Assembly: GCA_964584965.1 (NCBI GenBank)
Contig: CAZPBM010000001.1
Span: forward strand, 9,841-73,840
DNA from: an uncultured Candidatus Bathyarchaeia archaeon
GTDB taxonomy: Archaea > Thermoproteota > Bathyarchaeia > Bathyarchaeales > DTEX01
Direction: 5' to 3'
Length of the DNA stretch: 64,000 nt
Position numbers and translations under genes: made by a program. Positions 45,826 to 55,464 of this stretch are shown here, piece after piece. The notes under the pieces were generated by a model. It worked only from the letters and a program-made list of their open reading frames with translations. It had not been told where the DNA came from and did no database searches. Every line of letters starts with the position of its first letter. Within the stretch, counting starts at the first letter, position 1.

Positions 45826-47067
45826 GTGGTGAATGTTTTGAAGGTCACCGTTATCACCAGCGTTTTGGGAGTCATAGGCCTCGGCGAAGATGGCAAAATT
45901 GCTGCCTACAAACTTTTTCCAAAAAATACCTCTGAAACTGCAGCTAAACTTATGGACGTTGAATCTGGTAGAAACATCAATGAACTATCTGAAGCCATTC
46001 AAGAATTGAAAGAGAAAGGCTTCACAAAGTTCATATTTGAAAACACTGTGCTTGGCCGAACAGTACAAAATCAGCTAAATGTTGAGGTCGAGGTTGTTTC
46101 TCCTTCAGAGATCGGCGAGAGCTTCCGTGAAAAAATGAGCGAGTACGCCGTGGAAACGGGATTTGCCAAGGACGCCTTGGAATTTTCACGGTGGGTGCAC
46201 GATGTCTCGATGGAAGTTTCGCAGCTTAAAGTAGGGAAGGCAACTGAGAAAAGAGACCTCATGATTGTGCAAGCCGTTCAAGCGCTGGACGATATGGACA
46301 AGACTTTGAATCTTCTTTCAACCCGCATACGCGAATGGTACGGGCTGCATTTTCCTGAGCTAGACAGGCTTGTGGAGAAACACGAAGTATATGCAAGTCT
46401 CGTAAAAAACCTTGGAAGAAAAAAAGAATTCACCCAGGAAAACATCGAAAAGCTTGGCATTTCAAAAAACAAAGCTGCCCAAATTGAGAAAGCTGCGGAA
46501 TCTTCTATGGGCGGAGAACTCAAGGACCAGGACATAACACAAATCCAGTCACTGTGCAACTGCATTTTAGGGTTGTATGAAGAAAGGTCAAGCACAGAAA
46601 AATACATTGAAGAGTTGATGGAGGAGGTAGCGCCAAACACAGCTTTCCTGTCAGGAGCAACGTTAGGAGCAAGGCTAATCGCCATAGCAGGCGGATTGAT
46701 GAATCTGGCAAAGATGCCAGCAAGTACAATACAGGTACTAGGAGCGGAAAAGGCGTTATTCAGGTCACTGACAACTGGCGCCCGTCCACCAAAGCACGGC
46801 GTAATTTTCCAGCACGCCCTAATTCACGGGTCGAAACGTTGGCTTAGAGGAAAAGTTGCCAGAATATTCGCCGGCAGACTCGCTATCGCCGTAAGAACCG
46901 ACGCGTTCAGCGGAACCTACATTGGCGACAAACTTAAGGCAGACCTTGAAAAAAGAGTAGATGATCTCCAGAGAAAGTATCCAGAACCAAAAATAAAGAC
47001 GCATGAAAGAATATCGTCAAAACCCATTAAAAAGCCTTCGCGAAGAAGGAGAAAACATGGACGCTGA
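45826..47067 (+). CDS. nop5: C/D box sRNP protein Nop5 (Nop56/58)
   Basis: NOP5 N-terminal domain, coiled coil and Nop domain (LSGATLGARLIAIAGGL..LAKMPASTIQVLGAEKALFR...PKHGVIFQH), with a KKxxRRRRKHGR tail. Confidence 0.92.
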   Translation: MVNVLKVTVITSVLGVIGLGEDGKIAAYKLFPKNTSETAAKLMDVESGRNINELSEAIQELKEKGFTKFIFENTVLGRTVQNQLNVEVEVVSPSEIGESFREKMSEYAVETGFAKDALEFSRWVHDVSMEVSQLKVGKATEKRDLMIVQAVQALDDMDKTLNLLSTRIREWYGLHFPELDRLVEKHEVYASLVKNLGRKKEFTQENIEKLGISKNKAAQIEKAAESSMGGELKDQDITQIQSLCNCILGLYEERSSTEKYIEELMEEVAPNTAFLSGATLGARLIAIAGGLMNLAKMPASTIQVLGAEKALFRSLTTGARPPKHGVIFQHALIHGSKRWLRGKVARIFAGRLAIAVRTDAFSGTYIGDKLKADLEKRVDDLQRKYPEPKIKTHERISSKPIKKPSRRRRKHGR

Positions 47068-47764
47068 GGTTCACCCTCACCGCTTATTTGAGGGCGTATT
47101 CCAGGTTTGTCTTGAAGAAAAATCGCCTAGACTTGCTACTTTAAACTTGTCTCCAGGCATAAACGTGTACGGTGAACGTCTAGTAAGAGTTGGTGACGTA
47201 GAATACAGGCTTTGGGATCCTTTTCGCAGTAAACTAGCTGGCGCCATTCTTAAAGGTCTTAAGAACCTGCCAATAAAGCTGAATAGTAAAGTTTTGTATT
47301 TGGGGGCAGCCTCGGGAACAACAGCTAGCCACGTGTCGGATATCGTTGGAAATAGCGGCTACGTTTATTGTGTAGAGTTCGCACCAAGATCGATGAGGGA
47401 CCTTATAAACAATGTCTGTAGGTTCAGAAACAACATGGCTCCAGTGTTAGCGGATGCCAGATTTCCCAGCCAATATGCCTCAATGGTTCAAAGCGTGGAT
47501 GTAATCTACTGTGATGTTGCTCAGCCTGAGCAAGCAAAAATTCTTGTAAATAACGCTAGAATTTTCCTCAAGTCGGGAGGATGGGTGATGTTAGCGGTGA
47601 AATCTCGAAGTATCGATGTAACCAAAGACCCCGCAGAAGTGTACAAACAAGAAATTAACGTACTCAAAGCAAATGGGTTTGAAATCTCCGAAGTAATTCG
47701 TCTAGAACCATACGACAAAGACCATGTCATGGTCGTTGCAGACTACATGTCCCGGAACTTCTAA
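47057..47764 (+). CDS. flpA: Fibrillarin-like rRNA/tRNA 2'-O-methyltransferase
   Basis: VYGERLV...YRLWDPFRSKLAGAI, the SAM motif VLYLGAASGTTASHVSDI, and DVAQPEQA. ATG 47057 has SD GGAG 5 nt upstream and overlaps the nop5 stop. Confidence 0.93.
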   Translation: MDAEVHPHRLFEGVFQVCLEEKSPRLATLNLSPGINVYGERLVRVGDVEYRLWDPFRSKLAGAILKGLKNLPIKLNSKVLYLGAASGTTASHVSDIVGNSGYVYCVEFAPRSMRDLINNVCRFRNNMAPVLADARFPSQYASMVQSVDVIYCDVAQPEQAKILVNNARIFLKSGGWVMLAVKSRSIDVTKDPAEVYKQEINVLKANGFEISEVIRLEPYDKDHVMVVADYMSRNF

Positions 47765-47893
47765 TTCATAGTACATGCAAAATCGCAGAGGCGTTAATCT
47801 AACCAAAAGACCAGCAGTGAAAGATATAATGTCTACATCTTTTTGAAAGAATTCATTGCAGCAGTTGCAGAAGATCAGATTATTACATAATTT

Positions 47894-49195
47894 TTATTTT
47901 AGCCAAGGTGGAAGAAGTTGTCTTTCCAGTAGTGTTTCAAGCGTTTCTCTTTCTCTTACCAGTGCATACTTGCCGTCTTTCACAAGAACTTCAGCGCACC
48001 TTGGTCTCGAATTGTATTGCGAGCTCATTGAAAAACCATAAGCTCCAGCATTTAGGACAGCCAGCAAATCGCCTTCTTCGATTCTTGGAAGTTTTCTCTC
48101 TCGAGCAAGAAGATCTCCTGATTCACACAGCGGCCCTGCAATGTCGTAGAGTTCTTTTTCAGACTCGTTTAACTTGTTTGCTACGATAATTGGGTGGTAG
48201 GAACCGTACATAGCTGGCCTAATAAAAGTGTTGAATCCTGCGTCAACTCCTGCAAATTTCCTGAAGGGCGTAACCTTAACCGTGTTTACTTCTGTCAGAA
48301 GAACCACGGCGTCGCAGATGATGAATCGTCCAGGTTCAAGGTAAACCCAAGGCTCATCGAGATCATACTCTTTAATTTTATTCTTATATAATTTCATGAT
48401 CTTTTCAGCAAACTCGTCTATGTTTATTGGCTTTTCTTCCGGTCGATATGGTACCCCTATGCCTCCACCTATGTCGATGAACTCGAAGTCTACGCCCACC
48501 TCTTTTTTTACACGGCTAGCGATCTGCAACTGTTTTTCAATTGCTTCGAGGTAAGGCTCCACCGTAAGGTTTCCAGAGCCAATGTGCATTTGGATGCCGA
48601 ATTTTTTGACACCCGCCTTCATGGCTATCTTGTAGGCCTCAACAACATCACCTTCCCAAATTCCAAACTTCGAGGCCTTTCCACCAGTAACCACATGCTC
48701 GTGGTGTCCAGCACCAACCTCAGGATTCACTCTTACCGAAAGTAAAGATGGCACGTGAAACCTCAACAACCTCTTCAGTTGAGAAAGCGAGTCTACGTTA
48801 ATGGTAACTTCGGATTCTGCGAGGAACTTAAGCTCATCGTTCCTTACGCTTGTTCCAGTGAACAAAATCTTGTCAGGTGAAAATCCAGCTCTAAATGCCA
48901 GAAACACCTCGCCAGGGCTAACAGCGTCTAGACAAGCCCCTTCGCTTAGAAGAATCTTAAGGACAGAAAGACTTGTGTTAGCCTTTGCTGAATAGTAAAT
49001 CTTCACCTTGCTGTTGCGTTCTGTTAGAGCCTTCGAAAGCTGCCTGAAATTGTCTCTTATTCTCCTTTCGCTCATAACGTACAAAGGTGTGTCGAACTCT
49101 TCTGCTAGCTTCAGCACCGACACGCCGTCGATGTACAACAGCCCATCTCTGTTCTCGAAGTACTCATGAAAAAGTTTTGCCATCAACGTCGCCAA
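47894..49195 (-). CDS. lysA: Diaminopimelate decarboxylase
   Basis: PLP fold III: YSAKAN, HIGSG, DIGGGIGVPY, EPGRFI and CESGD. Confidence 0.9.
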   Translation of the reverse strand: MATLMAKLFHEYFENRDGLLYIDGVSVLKLAEEFDTPLYVMSERRIRDNFRQLSKALTERNSKVKIYYSAKANTSLSVLKILLSEGACLDAVSPGEVFLAFRAGFSPDKILFTGTSVRNDELKFLAESEVTINVDSLSQLKRLLRFHVPSLLSVRVNPEVGAGHHEHVVTGGKASKFGIWEGDVVEAYKIAMKAGVKKFGIQMHIGSGNLTVEPYLEAIEKQLQIASRVKKEVGVDFEFIDIGGGIGVPYRPEEKPINIDEFAEKIMKLYKNKIKEYDLDEPWVYLEPGRFIICDAVVLLTEVNTVKVTPFRKFAGVDAGFNTFIRPAMYGSYHPIIVANKLNESEKELYDIAGPLCESGDLLARERKLPRIEEGDLLAVLNAGAYGFSMSSQYNSRPRCAEVLVKDGKYALVRERETLETLLERQLLPPWLK

Positions 49196-49231
49196 CTACA
49201 CAACAACAGATGCCTTTTTGGAATTATTATG

Positions 49232-50284
49232 TCAGATGAGTTTCTTTGCCACCATAAGCTCTGCGCTGAGAATACCTGCTCCAGCTGCACCTCTAATCGT
49301 GTTGTGCCCAAGGCAAAGGTACTTGTAAGTCATAACTGGATCACTTCTTATACGGCCGACAACGATACTCATGCCTCTTCCTGCGTTGCGATCCAGCCTT
49401 GGCTGTGGGCGGTCAACTTCTTCACGAACAATTATCGGCTTCTCAGGAGCTGAAGGAAGCTTGAGTTTCTGGGGTTCGCCAACAAAATTTTGCAGGGCAG
49501 CCTTAAATTCATCAATGCTTGGTTTTTGCTCTAGTTCAACATAGACAGCTTCAAGGTGACCGTCTTTCACGTCAACACGGTGACAACTGGCGCTTATAGT
49601 CATGTTAGCAGGTTGAACCTTTCTGCCGTCAAAGGTACCTAGGATTTTCCTAGTTTCGCTTTCCATCTTTTCTTCTTCGCCTGAAATGAATGGGAAAACG
49701 TTGTCAACAATGTCCAATGAGGCTACACCTGGATAGCCCGCGCCACTTAAGGCCTGCATTGTTGAGACAATCAAACGTTTTACGCCAAACCTCATCAACG
49801 CTTTTAGCGTAATGGCAAGCTGTATCGTGCTACAATTCGGATCTGTAGATATGAAGCCGTTCCAACCTCGATTTCTCTTTTGAATCGGAATGAGCCCCAA
49901 ATGCTCGGGGTTGACCTCTGGAATCATGAGTGGAACATCAGTTTCCATTCTGTGTGCGCTTGCTTTGCTGACTACGGGGAACTCGGCGGCGAATTCTGTC
50001 TCAATTGGTCCAGCTATGTTTCCAGGAAGAGCTGAAAATACAAAGTCTATGTTGCTTACTTCTTTTACCTCTTTAAGGATTGTGTTAACAACTGGCATTT
50101 CGCCAATTTCCTTCGGCATCTCGGATTCCAGCCGCCATTTGCAGGCTTCGCTGAATTTTTTCCCCGCTGACCTTTCGGATGCAGCGAGGACTTCTATGTC
50201 GAACCACGGGTGCCCTTGGAGGAGCTCTATGAACCTTTGTCCGACTGCTCCTGTGGCTCCTAGTATCGCGACTTTTCTTTTCAA
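49232..50284 (-). CDS. asd: Aspartate-semialdehyde dehydrogenase
   Basis: VAILGATGAVGQRF, the NCSTI active-site Cys, and SGAGYPG. Confidence 0.9.
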   Translation of the reverse strand: MKRKVAILGATGAVGQRFIELLQGHPWFDIEVLAASERSAGKKFSEACKWRLESEMPKEIGEMPVVNTILKEVKEVSNIDFVFSALPGNIAGPIETEFAAEFPVVSKASAHRMETDVPLMIPEVNPEHLGLIPIQKRNRGWNGFISTDPNCSTIQLAITLKALMRFGVKRLIVSTMQALSGAGYPGVASLDIVDNVFPFISGEEEKMESETRKILGTFDGRKVQPANMTISASCHRVDVKDGHLEAVYVELEQKPSIDEFKAALQNFVGEPQKLKLPSAPEKPIIVREEVDRPQPRLDRNAGRGMSIVVGRIRSDPVMTYKYLCLGHNTIRGAAGAGILSAELMVAKKLI

Positions 50285-51453
50285 ACTACGTCCCTCACAA
50301 CTTTTAATGCTTCTTCAACAATTTTCTCGTCAATGAATATGCTTATTGTGGCTTTACTACTCGTAACCTCAATTATATTAATATTTTTAGACGCCAAAGC
50401 GCCTGAAACCTTCGCAATCCAGCCTGGCGAATCTATGAAAGCCGGGTGAGTTACCTCGATTAACCCAACATTGGTTCGTAGGCTCAAAGCCTTGCACAGG
50501 TCGGAACGGTGCAGTTCATTAACCAGCTTATGAGGCTCCTCGGAAGACGTGAAAACCGTAAGCGAAACTTTTCCAGTGCTGATGCCGTAGATCGGCCTAT
50601 TTCCTAAAGATGCGAGAATTTTGCTTACGTTCATAGGATCTATGCTACATATCATGCTGATAGCGACGAGCCCTTTCTTCTCCGTTATTTCACAGGAATT
50701 AGAATCAAAGACCCCGGAAATTTCAGTTCCACCAGATGAGATGCCGTTCGAAAAGTTGATGACCCTTAGCTTTTGATAAGGAAGTTTGAACTTTAGTGAT
50801 TCCGCCTTGATTATTTTTGCTCCTCCATGCGAAAGCGCAAACATTTCGTGGATATCAAGCTTCTTTAACGGCTTTGCGTCTGGAACGATTCTTGGGTCTG
50901 CTGACATTACGCCTTCGGTTTCTTTGACAAGAACTATCTCTTCAGCTTTCAAGCAGTTTCCAAGTACCATGGCCGTTGTGTCGCTTCCCCCTCTTCCAAG
51001 AGTTGTAATGTTGCCTTTTTCGTCTCTTCCCAAAAATCCACAGACAACCACAATTTTCTTGCCGAGAAGAGGCTCAACAAACCGTTTAACGCGCTCACAA
51101 GTTTTTTCCATGTTCGGAGTTGCATCTTTGAAATCCGAATCTGTGATAATTGGCCAGTTTTCTTGGCTTGGATCAAAGTATTCTGCTTCGACGCCCATTG
51201 AGCGAAGCGCTGAGCATAGGATTCGGACGCTTGTCCTTTCCCCCATTGACACGATGTCTGCATAGTCCTGAGAGTCCGCTATGCCTATTTCGGAAATTAG
51301 CTTGGTAAGGGTGTCTGTTACACCTGCCATCGCCGAGACTACGACAACGATTTCCTTGTACCTTGACTTTGTAACCATCTTAGCTGCTTTTCTAATTTTT
51401 TCGCCTGTAGCAAGGTCTGCTCCGCCAAACTTTATGATAGCTCTGTTAGCCAT
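50281..51453 (-). CDS. lysC: Aspartate kinase
   Basis: IIKFGGADL, VVVVSAMAGVTD, LGRGGSDTTA and C-terminal ACT domains. SD GGAGGA lies 6 nt upstream. Confidence 0.9.
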   Translation of the reverse strand: MANRAIIKFGGADLATGEKIRKAAKMVTKSRYKEIVVVVSAMAGVTDTLTKLISEIGIADSQDYADIVSMGERTSVRILCSALRSMGVEAEYFDPSQENWPIITDSDFKDATPNMEKTCERVKRFVEPLLGKKIVVVCGFLGRDEKGNITTLGRGGSDTTAMVLGNCLKAEEIVLVKETEGVMSADPRIVPDAKPLKKLDIHEMFALSHGGAKIIKAESLKFKLPYQKLRVINFSNGISSGGTEISGVFDSNSCEITEKKGLVAISMICSIDPMNVSKILASLGNRPIYGISTGKVSLTVFTSSEEPHKLVNELHRSDLCKALSLRTNVGLIEVTHPAFIDSPGWIAKVSGALASKNINIIEVTSSKATISIFIDEKIVEEALKVVRDVV

Positions 51454-51487
51454 TGCTTGTCCTCCATTTCTCGTAAGTGCTTAGGTT

Positions 51488-52276
51488 CTAGGCTAATACG
51501 TCCTCCATGCTGTAGAGTCCAGCCTTTGTCTGCCTGCATATCCACTCAGAAGCATAAAGGGCGCCTTGAGCGAAAACGCTACGTGAGAAAGCTGTATGTT
51601 CAATTCTGATCATCTCATGCGGTCCAGCTGCTATTATGTCGTGTATTCCAGCTACTCCACCTGCTCTAACAGACAGAATCTCGAGCTCCCCAGGCTTCCG
51701 TGGATTTATTCCTTCTCTTCCATAGACTGTCATCGTGTATTTTCGGGCTTCTGAAATAATTTCACCCAGTTTTTTAGCCGTCCCACTCGGCGCATCTTTT
51801 TTTCCAGTGTGGTGAACCTCGGTGATGCTGAAGTCATAATCAGGAGGCAGACGAGCTAGGGTTTTTGAAAGCTGGAACATAATGTTTACTCCAATCGCGT
51901 AGTTGGGAGAAATGACCGCTGGAACCTTTCCAGAAATTGCTTCTCTGATTTTTTGCATTTGCTCAACCGTTAAACCTGTTGTTCCCACGACTATTCTTTT
52001 GCCCAAACTAGCGACGACTGGAAGATTTGCCACCTCAGCCTCAGGTGTCGTGAAAGATATGTAGACGTCAGCTTCTTTCACAGCATCCTCTAAGTGAGAC
52101 GGGTCAACCATCTTAATGTCCAAATTACATATTCCAGCTTCTCGCAAGGTTTTACCGACATTAGGGTTACCTTTACCCTCGACTGCGCCAACGATGGTGA
52201 ACCCTCGTGCAACTGCCTCTTTGATGAGGGTACTTCCCATTCTACCTGCTGCGCCTGCTACACAGATTTTAATCAT
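51488..52276 (-). CDS. dapB: 4-hydroxy-tetrahydrodipicolinate reductase
   Basis: MIKICVAGAAGRMG and EVHHTGKKDAPSGTA. Confidence 0.9.
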   Translation of the reverse strand: MIKICVAGAAGRMGSTLIKEAVARGFTIVGAVEGKGNPNVGKTLREAGICNLDIKMVDPSHLEDAVKEADVYISFTTPEAEVANLPVVASLGKRIVVGTTGLTVEQMQKIREAISGKVPAVISPNYAIGVNIMFQLSKTLARLPPDYDFSITEVHHTGKKDAPSGTAKKLGEIISEARKYTMTVYGREGINPRKPGELEILSVRAGGVAGIHDIIAAGPHEMIRIEHTAFSRSVFAQGALYASEWICRQTKAGLYSMEDVLA

Positions 52277-53306
52277 AGGCTAATCCTTTCCAGTATCTTT
52301 CCTTGTACAGTCTCTTACTTAGGTCAATGTCGAAAAACGATTCAACAGGCTCAAGAACCTCAGGCGTCTTTTCAAAAACAGACCTCGCTACGTTAAGAAC
52401 TGCCTGTAGACCTTTCTTGGTCATTTTTCCGAGTGGCTGTCTGCACGGTCCAGATGGCATTCCAAGAATGTTCATAAGTGTCTTGTATGGAACTGGGTTT
52501 CTTGCCTTACATGAGATTATTCCATACGGCGTTTCTTCTTCTGTTTTGACAGTAACCATTCCAAAAAGTGGCTTAAGCGCATCGTGCAACCTTTGATACT
52601 GTTCAACGTCCTTCTTCAATATTGCCTGAACGAATTTTTGTATTGGTCCAGGTGCGACGTTTGACGCAACAGAAATGACGCCGCTTGCCGCTATTTGGGA
52701 GTCTGTCATCATTTCAAAGGTTTTATCGTCATCGCCTGAAAGAATATCAAAGTCAGCTCCACACAGTCGACGTGTCAATCGCATGTTGTCAAGATTTCCC
52801 GTTGCCTCTTTAACAGCACTAACGTTCTTGAATTGGGAATGAAGAATCGCTAAATCTTGTGGAAGAAGTTGAGTTCCCGTTCTGCCCGGAATCACGTATG
52901 GAATTATTTGGATTTCAGGGTACTCTTGGGCCACAGGTTCAATGTATTCTTTGCGGATTTCAATTGAGCTCGGACCATTATAATAAGGATCAACCAGTAA
53001 TATGCAATTTACGCCATATTTTGAAACCTCACGTGTGGCTTCCAACGTTTCTTCTGTGTTGTTGCTTCCCGTCCCTCCGATGGTTAGAGTTTTGCCACCA
53101 ATATATTCGTGAACTTTTTCGATCACTTTTAAATGCTCATTCCAAGTTAGAGTTGGGCTTTCACCCGTTGTTCCGACTGCTAATATGCCACTTATGCCTT
53201 CCTTTATCTGAAATTCAACTAGGCTTTTCAGTCCTTCATAATCGACTTTTCCACTTTTTCTCATTGGCGTAACTAATGCAGTGTAACATCCGTTGAACCC
53301 GTACAT
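52269..53306 (-). CDS. dapA: 4-hydroxy-tetrahydrodipicolinate synthase (DapA/NAL family), with an extended C-terminal region
   Basis: YTALVTPM, VGTTGESPTLT, and the Schiff-base Lys in VSAVKEATG. ATG 53306 has SD AGGTGA 8 nt upstream (the track start is GTG 53327). Confidence 0.85.
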   Translation of the reverse strand: MYGFNGCYTALVTPMRKSGKVDYEGLKSLVEFQIKEGISGILAVGTTGESPTLTWNEHLKVIEKVHEYIGGKTLTIGGTGSNNTEETLEATREVSKYGVNCILLVDPYYNGPSSIEIRKEYIEPVAQEYPEIQIIPYVIPGRTGTQLLPQDLAILHSQFKNVSAVKEATGNLDNMRLTRRLCGADFDILSGDDDKTFEMMTDSQIAASGVISVASNVAPGPIQKFVQAILKKDVEQYQRLHDALKPLFGMVTVKTEEETPYGIISCKARNPVPYKTLMNILGMPSGPCRQPLGKMTKKGLQAVLNVARSVFEKTPEVLEPVESFFDIDLSKRLYKERYWKGLAYD

Positions 53307-53379
53307 CTTGTTTTTCACCTGATACACCTAATACTGCGTTTTTCATCAAGCGGGATATTTATGGTTTTCGTTTTAAAAA

Positions 53380-53392
53380 TACGATAATCGTA
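53380..53392. promoter_or_regulatory. Perfect-arm palindrome TACGAT-A-ATCGTA upstream of dapA (candidate regulator site)
   Basis: Seen directly, 74 nt upstream of the dapA ATG. A related half-site, TACGATTTTCG, lies at 53685-53695 near the divergent lrp gene. Confidence 0.3.
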
Positions 53393-53732
53393 AATAATGA
53401 AGACTTTATATGTTAATATAACAAATGACTGCTACGTAAAATGGATTTTCAATATTGATTAAGAAAATTTGTCTGTTCTTCGAACCCCGTGTTCGCTAGG
53501 CTTTAAAGGAAAAATCTGGATTAATAAATGTGAAAAGAGAGGCGCACTTAGATGGCAAAAACTATAGTCGCAACCGAAATGAACAGTAGGATGTTGGCTA
53601 ACCTCATTAAGAGGCTTTACATCCAAAAAAGAAAGGCAGTTCAATACTAGACTTAGTTTTTACTGCGACAAATTAAGGCAATTTTACGATTTTCGCAAAA
53701 GCATATATTTTTAAAATTTTAAATATATACTT

Positions 53733-54125
53733 ATGGATGATATTGATCTTGAAATTCTCAAAATCTTAAAGAAAGACGCTCGTACCAAGTATGTTAAGAT
53801 CGCTGAGTCAGTAAACCTAACAGAGGGCGCAGTTAGAAGGCGTATTAAGCAGCTTATCAAAGACGGGATTATTAAGGCCTTCACGATCGAAGCAACAACA
53901 GAGCTTGAAGGCATAGTTCTTGTTGAGACAGGTCCAACAGGAACAAGAGATGTCTTGAAAAATATTAGTAGGATAGCGACCAGGGTTTTTGAGGTTTCAG
54001 GAGACTATGATGTGGCAGCTTTAATTCAAGCTTTTACAATTGAGGATTTGAACAGAAAAATTGATGAAATAAGAAAACTCTCAGGGGTAAGGAACACAAA
54101 TACTTTGATAAAGCTAACTAGCTAA
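53733..54125 (+). CDS. Lrp/AsnC-family transcriptional regulator
   Basis: DDIDLEILKILKKDARTKYVKIAESVNLTEGAVRRRIKQLIKDGII (HTH_AsnC) plus a RAM domain. Confidence 0.88.
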   Translation: MDDIDLEILKILKKDARTKYVKIAESVNLTEGAVRRRIKQLIKDGIIKAFTIEATTELEGIVLVETGPTGTRDVLKNISRIATRVFEVSGDYDVAALIQAFTIEDLNRKIDEIRKLSGVRNTNTLIKLTS

Positions 54126-54127
54126 TT

Positions 54128-55018
54128 TCACCCAGTCTGATTTTGTTTTTGATTTTTTTTCAAGACCTCAAGAATCTTGTACATTTTTTCGTACGCTACT
54201 TCAAATTCGTTGTCTTTCAAAAGCAGAGCTCGGGCATCACTGAAGAATTGTATGAATCTTCTTGATTTTTTTTCTTTAATGTGTTGCTTGAGAGTAACTG
54301 CATTGGAAATGAACTTTTCAAGGAATTGAGACGTAAATTTATTGTCTATTTGTATTGACGAGTAAAGCAACGGATCTTCGCTCATTACTCCTTCGCTTAG
54401 AATATGCTGTATTGTGAAGGTTGGGCCTCCCAGTTTTTTTAAGGCGTTTATATCTTCTTGCCCTACCACTGAAGCAAAGACTATGTTCATAAAATGCGGA
54501 AGCGAAAGAGTTAACGCCATAGATCTGTCGTGTTCTTCAACATCGACGACGACTAACTCTGTTTTAGGGAAAATTGTTTTAGCTAATTTAAGTTCATTTT
54601 GTGGATTTAGAACTGGGACAAGTGCAATCTTTTCCTCAAGGGTTTCTGCGGTTCCAGGACCAAAAAGTGGATGAATTGAAAGCGTCTTTATCCCGTTCAT
54701 TGCGATCTTTTTTAGTTCAGACATAACTTGAGACTTAAGAGACGATATTTCCATGACGGTGGCTGACTTTGGAATTTTCTCATATATTTCCCTTAGAACT
54801 TTTGGCGTAACATTGATTGGGGTTGACACGACTATGATCTCGGCGCCTTTAGTTGCCTCTATGTTGTTTCGTGCAAGTTTAATGTTCATGGACTGAGAAA
54901 TCGCCTTAGCTTCTTCGCTTCTTTTGTCAGAGATTGTGATTTCATGCCCGCCTTTTAGGAAATAGTTTATGAACCATCTTCCCATCCTCCCTGCTCCACC
55001 AATAATAGTTACCTTCAA
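54128..55018 (-). CDS. tyrA: Prephenate dehydrogenase
   Basis: KVTIIGGAGRMGRWF Rossmann fold and a HPLFGP-type motif (SIHPLFGPG). TTG start with SD GGAGGT 7 nt upstream. Confidence 0.85.
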   Translation of the reverse strand: MKVTIIGGAGRMGRWFINYFLKGGHEITISDKRSEEAKAISQSMNIKLARNNIEATKGAEIIVVSTPINVTPKVLREIYEKIPKSATVMEISSLKSQVMSELKKIAMNGIKTLSIHPLFGPGTAETLEEKIALVPVLNPQNELKLAKTIFPKTELVVVDVEEHDRSMALTLSLPHFMNIVFASVVGQEDINALKKLGGPTFTIQHILSEGVMSEDPLLYSSIQIDNKFTSQFLEKFISNAVTLKQHIKEKKSRRFIQFFSDARALLLKDNEFEVAYEKMYKILEVLKKNQKQNQTG

Positions 55019-55050
55019 ACTTTTGACCTCCAGACAAGTTCGAGATGACT

Positions 55051-55341
55051 TTAACGGTGAGACTTAGCGATCTCCCGCTGAACCCGTTTAGACTCTTCGA
55101 GGAGAAGCTGCAAGAGATTGAGGCAGAATTTTTCGTCTAAACCCTTTTTTCTGCATTTTTCCAGAACCTTGGTTTTTAAGTTTTGCTCAACCGGCATGTT
55201 TTCAATCGGCATTCCTGCATCAGCCTTTATTTCACCTATCTTTTTGGATAGCTGAAGCCGTTTCTCGCATAGGCTGAAGATTTCCAACGTAACTTTCTCA
55301 AGCTGCTTCCTGATGTCTTCTATTTCGGTCTTCTCGCTCAA
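55051..55341 (-). CDS. Chorismate mutase (AroQ class)
   Basis: IEDIRKQLEKVTLEIFSLCEKRLQLSKKIGEIK...PIENMPVEQ is the CM_2 helix pattern. The TTG at 55341 sits 9 nt after GGTGA and gives a size typical of AroQ as I remember it. The ORF track start (55434) adds 31 unlikely residues. Confidence 0.75.
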   Translation of the reverse strand: MSEKTEIEDIRKQLEKVTLEIFSLCEKRLQLSKKIGEIKADAGMPIENMPVEQNLKTKVLEKCRKKGLDEKFCLNLLQLLLEESKRVQREIAKSHR

Positions 55342-55464
55342 AGGTTGCTCACCAAAGCCTAAAGGCTTAAAAAAATAATATGATGGCTTCTGTTTATAAG
55401 ATTGAGACCACACAAAATTCGTGGTGAAATGCAAAGTAAAATAAAATGCGTTTACCAGAAAATG

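Noticed and set aside
49890-51484. Several 100-160-aa plus-strand ORFs inside asd and lysC (49890-50336, 50786-51265, 51281-51484)
   Set aside because: They are antisense shadows of strongly conserved lysine-pathway genes, with Ser/Pro/Thr-rich nonsense translations.
53459-53644. 61-aa minus-strand ORF, and a 32-aa plus-strand ORF (from 53552), in the dapA-lrp spacer
   Set aside because: Neither has an SD or a recognisable motif. The region is better explained as a divergent promoter and regulatory spacer.
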